The notes below the pieces were generated by a model that worked only from the letters and a program-made list of their open reading frames with translations, was not told where the DNA came from and made no database searches. The position numbers and the translations under genes are program-made. Shown piece by piece: positions 24,442-35,800 of a DNA stretch of 64,000 nt. The stretch comes from an uncultured bacterium (GTDB lineage Bacteria > Babelota > Babeliae > Babelales > Babelaceae), in NCBI GenBank assembly GCA_963713855.1, contig OY970209.1, positions 640,001-704,000 on the forward strand. The letters are read 5' to 3'. The stretch's first letter is position 1. Each line of letters opens with the position of its first letter.

Positions 24442-24570
24442 TAGCTCATCCTCCAAGGCTCGGGAGATATTTTACTTTTGCTCACGACAATAGAGCTTGA
24501 ACGTTTGGGAATTAATCCCCAAAGACCTTTTACAAGAACTCTATCTTTATAACACACCAGATAAAAATAG

Positions 24571-26697
24571 CTATTTTTTTATTGTAATAAACACTAAATC
24601 CTTATTGCCCGCGTGTAAGCGCATTTCAGCCACACAACAATTTGGAGTATGGTGCATAACCTGCGTGTAATAAGCGATAAGGGTTTTCATGACAGCGCCA
24701 TGTGTAACGATGGCAATCGTTTTTCCCTGGTGCTTTCGAGCGATATTTTTAAGAAATTTCTCGACTCGATTAAACAAATGAGCCTTGGTTTCAGCATGAG
24801 GCACAGGATTATGATGCCAACGCTGCCATTGGTCGGGGTACTTAGATTCTAAATTGCGAAATGCTGCACCATAGAGCTTTTCATATTCTTCTTCGGGCAT
24901 ACCTTCCGCATCCCCCATGTTTTGCTCGCGCAAAGCCCGATTGGTAATAAGCTTTAAGCCAAAAGCATGCGCAATTGGTTCGGCCGTGCTAACCGCTCTT
25001 TTAAGGTCAGATGAATAGATTGCGTCTATTTTTGGGTAATGCTCCAGGAGCAGTTGTACGGCTTTTTTTGCTTGCTCTCTTCCAAGGTCATTAAGAGGAA
25101 TGTCAGAATATCCCTGGATTTTGTTTTGAACATTCCAATCAGTTTTGCCGTGACGGATGAGTAAAAAAGTAGTCGATTTATGCTCCAAATATTTCTTATT
25201 CGGAGCACAAGCTTGCAAGATGCCGGTATTACTTTGTGGATTCCTGGTTATAGTGCTCAATAACGCGTTATGGTCGGATAGAGATTCTTCGGGGTTTTTT
25301 TCGTCATACATAACAATTCTATCGGTTTTTAAGGAGTAATGTGAATATGTAGGGGATTTAAAAAGCAAAGCGTAATCGATGCTTTTTCGCTTTACTGGAG
25401 GTGTTTTTATGCCCCACCAATAATCTGTAAAATCTGTAGCAGTCGGTTCGTGATTATAGGTGTCAATAAAATGTTCTTTTATGCTGCGTAGAGCACTTTC
25501 ATTACTGCCCCATTTAACATTCATATCTCCAACAAGAAGTAGAGGGGTCGTCTTGTCTTTTTGTGCGATACATTCAAGTCTTTCGATAATCTGCGTGATT
25601 TGCTCTTGCCTGAGCTTTTGATCTTTCAATCCGCTAAAAGGATAAAGGTGGGTGGTGACAATGCGTGCTACTGGTTTTCCTTTACTTACGACTTTACACT
25701 CAAAAAAGCCATAATTTCTCGAAGGTATATTGTTGGTAAAAGGGGTAAACGAAGGCTCTCTTAGTGGGTACTTGCTTGCAACAAAGAGCCCACTCGAAAT
25801 GCCTATAGAGTCCATAGTAAGGCCAACATTTTTTACTCCGATCTTACTATAAAAATAGGAATAGGTTTCTTTTAACCGATCATATAGCTCGTCCGCAAGT
25901 TCAGCATCAAAGACCTCTTGTAGGCAGATCACATCAGCGTCTATAGCTTTCAGTTTATTGATTATGTGGTCGATGCGTGTTTTCCAGGGCAGCATTCCTC
26001 CATATAAAAATGATAAATGACCTTTAAATCCGAGCATATTCCACGTCAAAACGGAAAGGGATTCTGATGCGGTTTTTTCTTCGGCGACGCCTTTTAAAAA
26101 GGTATAGGGTAATCGATAGTGGTTAATAACACTTTTTTCAAGAGTTGGGACTTTGGAAAGATCCATGCTTTTTATAAGTTCGTTAATATACTGCCATTGA
26201 GAGGCAGATAATGCTTTTGGAGAAGCAGCGACTCTTGCCACGTATTTTGTTAAAATGGCTTTGATGTCTGGATTACTGAATGCAGCTTTTAATGTTGCTT
26301 TCATCTTTTTTACCGCTGCGTTTGCGGCAAATAACACAGATTGATCCTGGGTTACCGTGCTCATTCCTTCGAGCATCCTCATGTTCGTTACAAAAGCTGT
26401 GCCCAGTCGATCCCATTCGAGAATGGTATTTTTAAAAGTTCTTTCTCTTTGAGCAATGAATGAGCGTATTCCACTTTCAAGCTCCGAAATAGAGCTATTG
26501 GAAAATTTGTCTATGTCCTCTACCGTTTTTGGAAAAGTAGCAAGTATTTCTTGCGTACTAGATTTAAAAGATTCGTGAGAACTTACCGTATTTAAGGTGG
26601 CTGGGATGATAGAAAACGTTAAGAAGGATAGTAACGTAAGAAGAAGAGTTGGATGTAAAGCGAATTTCTTCCAGACTGACTTTTTTATGTTATGCAT
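24571..26697 (-). CDS. Exported fusion: helical N-domain + EEP (sphingomyelinase-like) domain + histidine phosphatase
   Basis: EEP motifs LTWN, DVICLQEVFD, TTHL, VGDMN, IDY, SDH; histidine phosphatase motifs RHGKTDWN, SSDLKRA, VTHG. Confidence 0.85.
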   Translation of the reverse strand: MHNIKKSVWKKFALHPTLLLTLLSFLTFSIIPATLNTVSSHESFKSSTQEILATFPKTVEDIDKFSNSSISELESGIRSFIAQRERTFKNTILEWDRLGTAFVTNMRMLEGMSTVTQDQSVLFAANAAVKKMKATLKAAFSNPDIKAILTKYVARVAASPKALSASQWQYINELIKSMDLSKVPTLEKSVINHYRLPYTFLKGVAEEKTASESLSVLTWNMLGFKGHLSFLYGGMLPWKTRIDHIINKLKAIDADVICLQEVFDAELADELYDRLKETYSYFYSKIGVKNVGLTMDSIGISSGLFVASKYPLREPSFTPFTNNIPSRNYGFFECKVVSKGKPVARIVTTHLYPFSGLKDQKLRQEQITQIIERLECIAQKDKTTPLLLVGDMNVKWGSNESALRSIKEHFIDTYNHEPTATDFTDYWWGIKTPPVKRKSIDYALLFKSPTYSHYSLKTDRIVMYDEKNPEESLSDHNALLSTITRNPQSNTGILQACAPNKKYLEHKSTTFLLIRHGKTDWNVQNKIQGYSDIPLNDLGREQAKKAVQLLLEHYPKIDAIYSSDLKRAVSTAEPIAHAFGLKLITNRALREQNMGDAEGMPEEEYEKLYGAAFRNLESKYPDQWQRWHHNPVPHAETKAHLFNRVEKFLKNIARKHQGKTIAIVTHGAVMKTLIAYYTQVMHHTPNCCVAEMRLHAGNKDLVFITIKK

Positions 26698-26762
26698 AGC
26701 TATTCTTTCGCTTATAATGATTGGGCAAAAGGCATTTATGTCATTATTTTACTCAAAAACTG

Positions 26763-26788
26763 ACGCTAAGTTAAGAGTTGCTAAGTTG
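26763..26788 (+). repeat. 26-bp direct repeat, copy 1
   Basis: ACGCTAAGTTAAGAGTTGCTAAGTTG; 24/26 identical to 30648..30673. Confidence 0.7.
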
Positions 26789-26910
26789 CAAAGCTTTCTA
26801 AAAAGCGAGGACTCTGAGCTTAATTTCTGCCTCCAAAAGTGCATCTGATCGTTGCGTGGCTGATCAAAAAATAGTATCTTGTTGCAAAGTTCAAGAAAAA
26901 GAGGATTGTA

Positions 26911-28275
26911 ATGAATATGAGAACTCGCGTCTACACATTGGTATTCTTATTTCTTAGTCAAGCTTCACAAGCATATGATGGTCAACTTGATCAGACTTTC
27001 GGAGGGAATGGAACTATTTCGAGTAATTTTGATGGGTTCTATGATTTTGCAAATGGCTTAGCTCTTCAACGAGATGGCAAGATTCTTGCAGCGGGACAAA
27101 TAGGAGACAAGAAATTACCCGTTTTTGCTCTTGCTCGCTATCTTTTTAATGGTACGCTAGATGGCTCTTTTAATCCTCAAGGAAAAATTCCAGGACTTGT
27201 TGTAACAAACTTTGGCAATAAGTTTAGAAAAGCGCAAGCTCAAGCAGCACTCGTGCAAGAAGACGCAAAAATTCTTGTTGCGGGTTATGTTACTGATATT
27301 AATAGCTTATCTAGTTTTGCACTAGCACGATATAACCAGAATGGCACGCTTGATGCGTCGTTTAACGCCGAGGGTGCAATACCAGGGACTATCGTTACTG
27401 ATTCTCTTAAAGTGGGCCAGGCATACAGGGTGGCTCTACAATCAGATGGCAAAATAGCCGTAATGGGAAATAGCATGAATGCTTTTGCTGTTGCGCTTTA
27501 TACCAAAGATGGAATTCTTGATAAATCTTTTAACGGTACTGGAACAGCCACAATTGACTTTAGCCCTTTAAGCGCCTTCGGTACGGGCGGCAGCATACAA
27601 CAAGATGATAAAATCATCATTGCAGGATACCTAACTCAACTTTTTGGATCGCCCTCTTATGCGGTAGCACGTTATACTCAAGATGGCCACTTGGACACAA
27701 GTTTTAATCAAAATGGCAAGCGCCCGGGCGTTCTTGTTGATACTTTTAATAAAAATGCACAGGCTAGCATTGTGATGGATATGGTAATGCAAAAAGATGG
27801 AAAAATTATTGTCGTAGGTTGGGCAGACAACTGTTTTGCATTAGCGAGGTATAATTCAGATGGCACTCTCGATACATCATTCAATCCAGATTCCGAGTGC
27901 TTTAGTCCCGATTGTTGTGCAGTTGGTAAAGCAGGCGTAGTTCTTACCAGTTTTTCTTCTTTTTTAAGCGCTAAAGCACATGCTATTACCTTAGATGAAA
28001 ATGGCAATATGATCGTAGGTGGTTTAGCTGACGGACGAGCCAAAAATTTTGCCCTTGCGCGTTATTATCAGAATGGAAGCCTGGACACCTCATTCCATCC
28101 GAATGGCAAACAACCAGGAACCGTGGTTACCAGTTTTGGTGGATCAAGCAATGCCATAACAAGTATAGTGACGGATAACAAGGGACATCTTCTTGCTGCG
28201 GGCGCAACGAACGCCCCAGGAAATTACGCTTTTGCGTTAGCTCGTTACCTTTTAGACACTAGCGATGAGGAATAA
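26911..28275 (+). CDS. Secreted delta-60 repeat (beta-propeller) protein
   Basis: Repeated LQxDGKILxAG...FALARY...GxLDxSFN; signal peptide. Confidence 0.9.
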   Translation: MNMRTRVYTLVFLFLSQASQAYDGQLDQTFGGNGTISSNFDGFYDFANGLALQRDGKILAAGQIGDKKLPVFALARYLFNGTLDGSFNPQGKIPGLVVTNFGNKFRKAQAQAALVQEDAKILVAGYVTDINSLSSFALARYNQNGTLDASFNAEGAIPGTIVTDSLKVGQAYRVALQSDGKIAVMGNSMNAFAVALYTKDGILDKSFNGTGTATIDFSPLSAFGTGGSIQQDDKIIIAGYLTQLFGSPSYAVARYTQDGHLDTSFNQNGKRPGVLVDTFNKNAQASIVMDMVMQKDGKIIVVGWADNCFALARYNSDGTLDTSFNPDSECFSPDCCAVGKAGVVLTSFSSFLSAKAHAITLDENGNMIVGGLADGRAKNFALARYYQNGSLDTSFHPNGKQPGTVVTSFGGSSNAITSIVTDNKGHLLAAGATNAPGNYAFALARYLLDTSDEE

Positions 28276-28390
28276 CGCTCCAAATGTGATTCCGAGTAGA
28301 TTTAACCGATATTGATTGGTAAGAAAATTTGGACGATAACGTTGCTTCTTTGAAAAACTATACTGTTGATCCAGTTAATTGGAGAAAATT

Positions 28391-29491
28391 ATGAAAATAA
28401 ACAATAACATCCTGTCCATTTTAGTTCTGGCTTTTTTAGTAGGGCATTCAGTCTTTTCTATCAGCTTGCCTTGTAGTTCTTCTTATCTTCTGCCTCCCGA
28501 CTCACAAAATCCTCGTTCGGTAGCGTTCTCGCAAGATGGACTTTTTCTTGCTACAGCAAACTACAATACAAAAAATGTTACGTTGTTCGCCATAAGTAAT
28601 GGGATGCTAAGTAAGGGAACTTCCTATGCTTTACCAGCCATTTATTATCCTTATTCTCGTGATCCGCAGTCAGTAGTATTCTTGCCAAACGCTCTTGTTG
28701 TCGGGGATGCTATCGGAGATATTGTTGTATTTATGCTTAAGGATGGATTGTTGAGTGATGCATCTGCTTATTACCCTCGTGGCGGTCCGCATGACGTTTT
28801 GTCTGCAGTGACTTTTGTAGCATTGTCACCAAATGCTCAATACCTTGCCGCTGCAGTTGACTATAATAATGTGGTGATATTTCAAGTGAATAAAAATGGA
28901 ACGTTAGGCAGCCAGTCACTTTATAATACACCAGAACAATTAGGTTCCCATTCGGTTGCTTTTTCAAAGGATGGAACGGCTCTTTGCACCGCCAATACGC
29001 CGTCAAATACTATAAGTGTATTTCCGGTATATTCAAATGGCACATTAGGTTCTGCTGTTTCTAATCAATTACCTTCTCAATCACATGAACCTTTATTAGC
29101 AGTATTTTCACCTGACGGAAACTGTATTGCGACTGCTAATTGGCAATCAGATGATGTGAGCATGATTAGCTCACATAATAGCACTTCTTATCATCTTCCT
29201 TCTGGATCAACGAGTCCTCGCTCAATAGCATTTTCGCCTGACGGAAAATATCTTGTTACCGCAAATGGTGATTCACATGATTTTACATTATTCATGGTGA
29301 GCTCAAATTGTACCTTAGGCAATGAAAAATCTTATCCTTTACCCGATAGTTCTAAAGGACCCTCTACATCAATTGCTTTTTCACCGGATGGTGGGTTCTT
29401 TGCAATCGCTAATCCCAATTCAAATGATGTCAGTATTTTTCAACTTGCTTGCTATATCAAGCAATTGCAAGAGCAAGATAAGCTCACTTAA
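28391..29491 (+). CDS. Secreted 7-bladed beta-propeller (lactonase-like)
   Basis: Signal peptide plus 7 SYxLP/AFSPDG/TAN/DVT repeats. Confidence 0.85.
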   Translation: MKINNNILSILVLAFLVGHSVFSISLPCSSSYLLPPDSQNPRSVAFSQDGLFLATANYNTKNVTLFAISNGMLSKGTSYALPAIYYPYSRDPQSVVFLPNALVVGDAIGDIVVFMLKDGLLSDASAYYPRGGPHDVLSAVTFVALSPNAQYLAAAVDYNNVVIFQVNKNGTLGSQSLYNTPEQLGSHSVAFSKDGTALCTANTPSNTISVFPVYSNGTLGSAVSNQLPSQSHEPLLAVFSPDGNCIATANWQSDDVSMISSHNSTSYHLPSGSTSPRSIAFSPDGKYLVTANGDSHDFTLFMVSSNCTLGNEKSYPLPDSSKGPSTSIAFSPDGGFFAIANPNSNDVSIFQLACYIKQLQEQDKLT

Positions 29492-29536
29492 AAAGAGTTT
29501 GAAAACGGCTAGGATTACTACACAAAGGGTTTATAA

Positions 29537-30637
29537 ATGAAGATAATTGCTTTACTTACTGCATTATTAGCAATCGTGATCAGCGCAAAAATGGATGCAG
29601 CTTGTTATCTAAATGGTACATCATATGACTTACCGCCTAACTCTAAAACTCCTAATTCGGTGGCATTTGTGCCCAATGGTGTACATTTGGTCACCGCTAA
29701 TTTTGCCTCAAATGATGTCACAATATTTAACATAACAGTAAATGGAAACTTGAATAAAGGCATGTCTTATGATTTGCCCGATGGTTCTACTTATCCCTTA
29801 TGTGTAGCAGTTTCACCTGACGGAACTTATCTTGTCACTGCAAATTCTCTTTCTAATGATGTAACATTATTTAGCATGAAAAAGGGAGGAATCTTAAGCA
29901 ACGGCACCTCCTACGAATTACCCGCTCATTCTTTGCCATCTTTCGTGGCGTTTTCACCTAATAGCTCCTACGTTACTACTGCTAATAGTGGCTTCGGTTC
30001 GAATTCGGCGGCGGTATTTGCTCTAGAAAAGGGTGCTCTCAGCGGTGGTGCCTTGTATCATTTGCCTACCGGGTCGATGGCGCCTAAATGCGTTGCCTTT
30101 TCGCCCAGCGGAGAATATCTTGCTACCGCTAATTATGATTCTAACGATGTGACAGTATTTATGGTAGGGAATGACGGCATTCTAAGTGATGGCTTGTCCT
30201 ATGAATTACCGCCTCACAGTACCCCGCAGTCGGTAACATTTTCCCCCGATGGTAACTATCTTGCTATTGCAGGTGCTCAATCTAATAGCGTGACGATATT
30301 TAGGGTTCAACAGAAAGGAACTCTAAGCGACGGTATTTCATATCATTTGCCTGTGGGATCATCACGTCCCGTTTCAATAGCGTTTTCACCGAATGGAGCG
30401 TATCTCGCTACTGCTAATGCTGATTCTGACGATATAACAGTTTTTAGTGTTGGCAAAGGAGGTATCTTAATGAATGGGACTTCCTATACGCTGCCTTCCG
30501 GCTCCCACAACCCTTACTCGGTAGCATTTTCGCTAAGCAGTCCTTATGTTGCTACCGCTAACGGATCAAATGATGTTACGATCTTTGTTTTAAGCAGCTG
30601 CTTTTTAAATGATGAAGTATACCTTGTTGATAACTAA
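29537..30637 (+). CDS. Secreted 7-bladed beta-propeller (lactonase-like)
   Basis: Signal peptide plus 7 regular GxSYxLPxxS..P.SVAFSPxGxYLATANxxSNDVTIF repeats. Confidence 0.87.
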   Translation: MKIIALLTALLAIVISAKMDAACYLNGTSYDLPPNSKTPNSVAFVPNGVHLVTANFASNDVTIFNITVNGNLNKGMSYDLPDGSTYPLCVAVSPDGTYLVTANSLSNDVTLFSMKKGGILSNGTSYELPAHSLPSFVAFSPNSSYVTTANSGFGSNSAAVFALEKGALSGGALYHLPTGSMAPKCVAFSPSGEYLATANYDSNDVTVFMVGNDGILSDGLSYELPPHSTPQSVTFSPDGNYLAIAGAQSNSVTIFRVQQKGTLSDGISYHLPVGSSRPVSIAFSPNGAYLATANADSDDITVFSVGKGGILMNGTSYTLPSGSHNPYSVAFSLSSPYVATANGSNDVTIFVLSSCFLNDEVYLVDN

Positions 30638-30647
30638 TAAATTCATA

Positions 30648-30673
30648 ACGTTAAGTTAAGAGTTGCTAAGCTG
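30648..30673 (+). repeat. 26-bp direct repeat, copy 2
   Basis: ACGTTAAGTTAAGAGTTGCTAAGCTG. Confidence 0.7.
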
Positions 30674-30874
30674 GCTTGATACTGCCCCGAGCGCATAAAA
30701 AACCAATGTTACACCGCCTTTAAAATAGCTATACTATAATATAGCTTGTTAATAGAAAGAGTAAGGTTTCTAGTTAGCAATATCTGGGTTACCCACTATT
30801 TTATATCTCTACCTTTTAACAGGATAACAAGGCGATGGTCACTTTTTCCAAGTATTAATAGGAATTTAAGCAGA

Positions 30875-32821
30875 ATGAAAAAAGCATTTTTTTGTTTCAT
30901 TTTACTTTTCCACGCATGTGGCATAGTGGGAATGGAAGAGCCAGACTTTAAAAAAAAAGCAACAGACATCATAAATGAGCGATTTCCAAACCTTTTTACG
31001 GATATTCTTAACAAAAATGGGTGCCTTGAGGAATTTATTAAATTCGTTGAAGGTTTATCTGAGGATCTTGAACAGTATAGAGCTTTCATTGGGGTTTTGG
31101 TCAGAAGGGCTATAGAAGCCCCTGACTCTTTAGCTATTCTTGAATGGCTCGATCAAATGACAGTTGAACTTTTCCAATCGAACCAAATTCAAATTAGACA
31201 AATTAGAAAGTCTTCGGTTACATTTCTTAAAGGTGCTTACAAACTTGGTATACTCAATGAAGGTAGGCAATTTCTTTTAGCTACAATTGCTAAAATGGCT
31301 GCCGCGCTTGGCAAACTGGAGTTACTTGATTGGCTTATTAATTATGGTCAAAAGAAGGGTTTTAATAGTAAGCAATTAGCTAAGTTAATCTTATATGGTA
31401 GCAGCGACTTCGTAGAGACAGATGACGAAGGGGATCTATTTTTCGTTGCTACATGTTATTCGAGGGTTGAAGTTTTGCAGTGGCTTTTATCCCATTTTCC
31501 TTTTTTTAATCATGGACCTGCTTTAAGCGGCGCTGCCAGATATGCGGCTTTATACGGTCACGCTAATTTGCTTGGGTGGCTTATAGCTCATGGAGCAGAC
31601 GTAAATCCTAGAACACTTGACCGTCTTCTACATAGAGCAACAGTTATCGATGAAAATGAGGATGATTGCGCTCAAGCCAATCGCATCGAGATTTTTGAAA
31701 TGCTTTTAGCTCGTGGTGCTTCTATTGATTTTCAAGACGAGAATGGCTGTACGCCAATCGAATGCGCTCTTAAATGCATTGCAGACTTTGATGAAGGAAT
31801 AGATAAAGAGCCAAATAGTCCGCTTCCCTTGTACGAAGAAATAATGTGGTTAATTCTACACGGAGCCTCACCAGAAAAGCTCTTTTGTGATGCTCGTTTT
31901 ATACCTGTAGGCGAACCTGATCCTATCGATCCTCGAATTCATTATGGACACAGATTTTCTCAAAATCCACTTTTGTATGCAATAGTACGGGGGGAAACAC
32001 AAGAAGCACTGAATAAATTGGCGAACTTTCAAGGAGGCGTGCAAGGACTGAGACCGGCGATTTTGCTCATCATAGCCTTGCAAAATGAAGAGCTTTTAAA
32101 TCACGTTTTAGATACTTATCCTAAGATTATACGAAAAATGTGGTACGACATATTTGAAGTAGTAGCCTGCACTAAGAATCTTGCACTTTTTAGGAAGGTG
32201 TATCTCTATTTACTTGAGCAGCTTGCAAGTGCAAAAGAAGGCGGGTACCTAGCTTTTAGAAATGCTCTTGAGAGAGCCTTATACTGGGCTGTTCTTAGTA
32301 GATCTAGATCGATATTCGACTTTATAATGGAAAGAGCGATTGTATACGAAGAAGCATCTGACCTTCGACTTTCACGAGTGGGTGCGATGGTTACCGCCAT
32401 ATTGAGGAATAGCAACGGTCAACGTCCACAGGAAGAAGTAACACTTTTGGAGTATTTTAGAGATACTCTAAGAAGAGTAACATATTTGCAGCTTCGGGTT
32501 GGAATTTACCGCTTGTTGCCGGGATCTGGCGGACGGAACGAGTTCAGTAATAGGTTGATAGCGGAGGCACTTGGTCGAGAGCTTCCTACCGAGATAGCGC
32601 ACAATATTATGAGTTTTGTGCTGGCCCCGGGAAACCCTCCGGTCCCAAGAACAGCTACTATAAGCTCAGAAACGCTGATTCCTTCCTTTAATAATGCCCG
32701 TAACGTTTTAGATAGAGCATACCAAGAAATAAGCTCTCCAGCGAGAAAAGCGATTATAGCAATGATACTTGCTATGGTTATAATAAACTTCTGGCCCATT
32801 GGCGGATGGTTCTCACATTAG
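30875..32821 (+). CDS. Secreted ankyrin protein with C-terminal F-box-like motif and TM helix
   Basis: MKKAFF signal peptide; WLIAHGADVN, LLARGASID..GCTP; ELPTEIAHNIMSFV; hydrophobic C-terminus. Confidence 0.8.
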   Translation: MKKAFFCFILLFHACGIVGMEEPDFKKKATDIINERFPNLFTDILNKNGCLEEFIKFVEGLSEDLEQYRAFIGVLVRRAIEAPDSLAILEWLDQMTVELFQSNQIQIRQIRKSSVTFLKGAYKLGILNEGRQFLLATIAKMAAALGKLELLDWLINYGQKKGFNSKQLAKLILYGSSDFVETDDEGDLFFVATCYSRVEVLQWLLSHFPFFNHGPALSGAARYAALYGHANLLGWLIAHGADVNPRTLDRLLHRATVIDENEDDCAQANRIEIFEMLLARGASIDFQDENGCTPIECALKCIADFDEGIDKEPNSPLPLYEEIMWLILHGASPEKLFCDARFIPVGEPDPIDPRIHYGHRFSQNPLLYAIVRGETQEALNKLANFQGGVQGLRPAILLIIALQNEELLNHVLDTYPKIIRKMWYDIFEVVACTKNLALFRKVYLYLLEQLASAKEGGYLAFRNALERALYWAVLSRSRSIFDFIMERAIVYEEASDLRLSRVGAMVTAILRNSNGQRPQEEVTLLEYFRDTLRRVTYLQLRVGIYRLLPGSGGRNEFSNRLIAEALGRELPTEIAHNIMSFVLAPGNPPVPRTATISSETLIPSFNNARNVLDRAYQEISSPARKAIIAMILAMVIINFWPIGGWFSH

Positions 32822-35800
32822 CTCATATGATGTTGATGGTTCGGAACCTATGTTTACCATCTCCACTCCACGATGCCGAAAGCGATACTTGTAAATGAGG
32901 CAAGAGCTAATTGCAATTATAGCAGCTCCTAACGCCATAGCAGCTGGAACACCTATTGAGACGCCTAGGATAAGGTCAATAGGCACACCACGACCATCGC
33001 CGCTGTTCCCGTTTTGTGATCCAAAAATCTGAGAAATAGATACGTCGTTAGACTGGGAATTTGCTGTCGCAATGATCGGGCTTCCGCTAGTTGCGGGCAC
33101 TGGAGAGAATGCTATGTATACGCATTGCATGGAATTATTTGGTAAAAAATAAGACGTGCTATTAACTAGAGTACCGTTTGTGTTTTGTAAAAGAGCGATA
33201 GTGCTTGAACCACTATTAGCCGTAGCAAAATAAGATGTATCTTGTGAAAGAGCAATGCTAGCTGGTTGCGCGTGTCCTTGAGGTAGCTGTCTGGATTGGC
33301 CATTTGATAAAGTATTACCGGTAACGAGAAAGAGAGAAATGTCATCAGTGCCACTGTTTGCAACTACTATTATGGTATTTCCGGCGCTATCGATATAGGA
33401 GGTAATCGATGAAGGAACCGTCGAAATATTTGGAATTGGCTTTGAGAAGCCCTTACTTAATAGTCCGTTAAGTACCTCAAAAAGAGTAACATCTTGAGAC
33501 TCTGCATTAGCGACGGCCAAGAAATCGTTTGAAGGTGTGAACGTCAAAGCGACTGGCTGTGTAGAATTAATTGGTAACGAATAAGAACGCGGATTTTGAA
33601 GAGCGCCCGCCGCAACTTTAAAAAGGGTAACGTCATTCGAAGCGCTATTTGCTGTGGCAAGATAGACATTATTAGGTGAAAAAGCTACCGCCACGGGCTG
33701 TAAAGAATTGAGGGGCAGCTTATAAGATGTTGCGCTTGAAAGTCTTCCTGACGTTGCGTTAAAAAGCGTCACATCGCTCGAATTACTGTTTGCTGTAGCG
33801 AGGTAAGCATTGTTAGGTGAAAATGCTATCCCTGTCGGCCCGGAAGAACCGTGAGGAAGCAGGTAAGAAATTACCGAATTAAGTGTTGCGTTGCTTGCTA
33901 TGTCAAAGCCAAATAATGTCACATCTGCTGAGTTATAATTTGCCGTGGCCAGATAGTTTCCATTACTTGAAAAAGAAAGTGCACGCGGTTCACTTGATCC
34001 GTAAGGCAGGGGGATAGAAGTAAAAGGTGTAGGAAAATTCGCGCACTTGAAAACTGTTGTTATATAGGGGTTTAAATTGACTGTTATCACATATGAGCTT
34101 GATGGAGAATATACAATCGAAAAGCCATAGGTTGCAGCGTCTGGAAAAGCATAAGAGGCCGCATTTGTAAGTATTCCTCCCTGCTCGACGCTAAAAAGCG
34201 TCACGGTAGGCCCGTTTGCGGTAATCAATTTTGAGCCATCAGGAGAAAAAGCTAGTGACTGTGGACCACGTGCTTTCTGTTGGCCGCTAAGACCCCAGAA
34301 GGTATACGATACGAAACAGCTCCCGATAATGCGCCTCCCGGCTCTACCTGAAAGATCGTCACATCATGAGATTCGATGTTAGCTGTTGCAAGATAAGAGC
34401 CATTGGGGGAAAATGCGACAGAATAAGGATCGAGAGAACCATTTGGTAAGGCGTAAGAGATTGCTCCGGATAAGTCGCCAGCGGCACCAACTTGAAATAT
34501 GCTCACGTCGTTTGATTCAGAATTTGCGGTGGCGAGGTATTTGCCGGAGGGTGAGAAAGCTATTGATATGGGATAGTTGGAGCCTGAAGGCAAGGCATAT
34601 GATGTCTGTCCGGATAAGCTTCCTCCCGGCTCAACGGTAGATATAATAACTTCCCATGATCCGGCATCAATATTGTCGCTCGTGGTAACTAGATATTTTC
34701 CGGATGGTGAAAAGGCTAACGTCAAAGCTCCCTGGTAATATGCTGGTAAAGGATATGATATGCCATTTGTTAATATTCCTTCAGTTCCCACGGTATAGAC
34801 GGTAATATCGTTTGAATTATAGTTAAGTGTTGCAAGATAATTACCCGATGGCGAGAACTGGACCGATACCGGTCCTGATGACGCGTTCGGCAGGAGGTAC
34901 GAAGCACTGTTACTTAATGTTCCTTGCGCATCCGCAGCGTATATCAGCACAGAGTTGGAAAGGCTCTCAGTGAAAGCTACATAGGATCCATTCGGTGAAA
35001 GCGCTATCCATGTAAGGTTTTGTGGTCCGGCCGGCAAGGGATAGGTAACGAGTCCAGACAAGACGCCTCCAGCACCTACTTGAAATATTTCTATACAATT
35101 TGAAGAAGGGTTGCTGACAGCAACGTGTAATCCATCCGGTGAGAATTGTGCCATAGCGGGATTGGAAAATACAACAGAACCTGTCAACGAATAGGTTATA
35201 GGATTTGATAATGCTCCTCCTGTGCCAACTTGAAAGACCGTAACTTTATTCGAAAGGGGATTTGACGTAACAAGATTCGCTCCATTGGGAGAAAAGGCTA
35301 CCGAAGTAGGATAGCTGCTTCCCGGATACGACATACCGCCCGTCAACGTACCGCCCGATGCTACTTGAAATACCGTTACATCACTCGAAGCATTAGCAGT
35401 AGCGAGATATTTCCCATCGAAAGAAAAAGTAACTGATTGTGGATTGACTGAACCAGAAGGTAGCTTATAAGAAATTGCTTCTGTTAATGTGCCTTGTGGT
35501 CCTACATGAAATATCGTCACATCATTAGAACCATCATTGGCGGTAGCAACATAAGACCCATCGGGTGAGAATGCTGCGGCTAACGGGATGGAAGATCCGC
35601 TTGGTAAAGCATAGGACATCTGTCCCGTTAAAATTCCATCAGATCCAACTTGAAAGACGGCGACATTATTTGAAGAAGCATTAGCAGTAACAATATAAGC
35701 TCCATTGGGTGAAAACTGAATTGACTGAGGTTGCACAGAGCCGATCGGTAAGGGATAGGAAATTTCGTTTGATAACGTTCCTGTGCTAACTCGAAATAAG

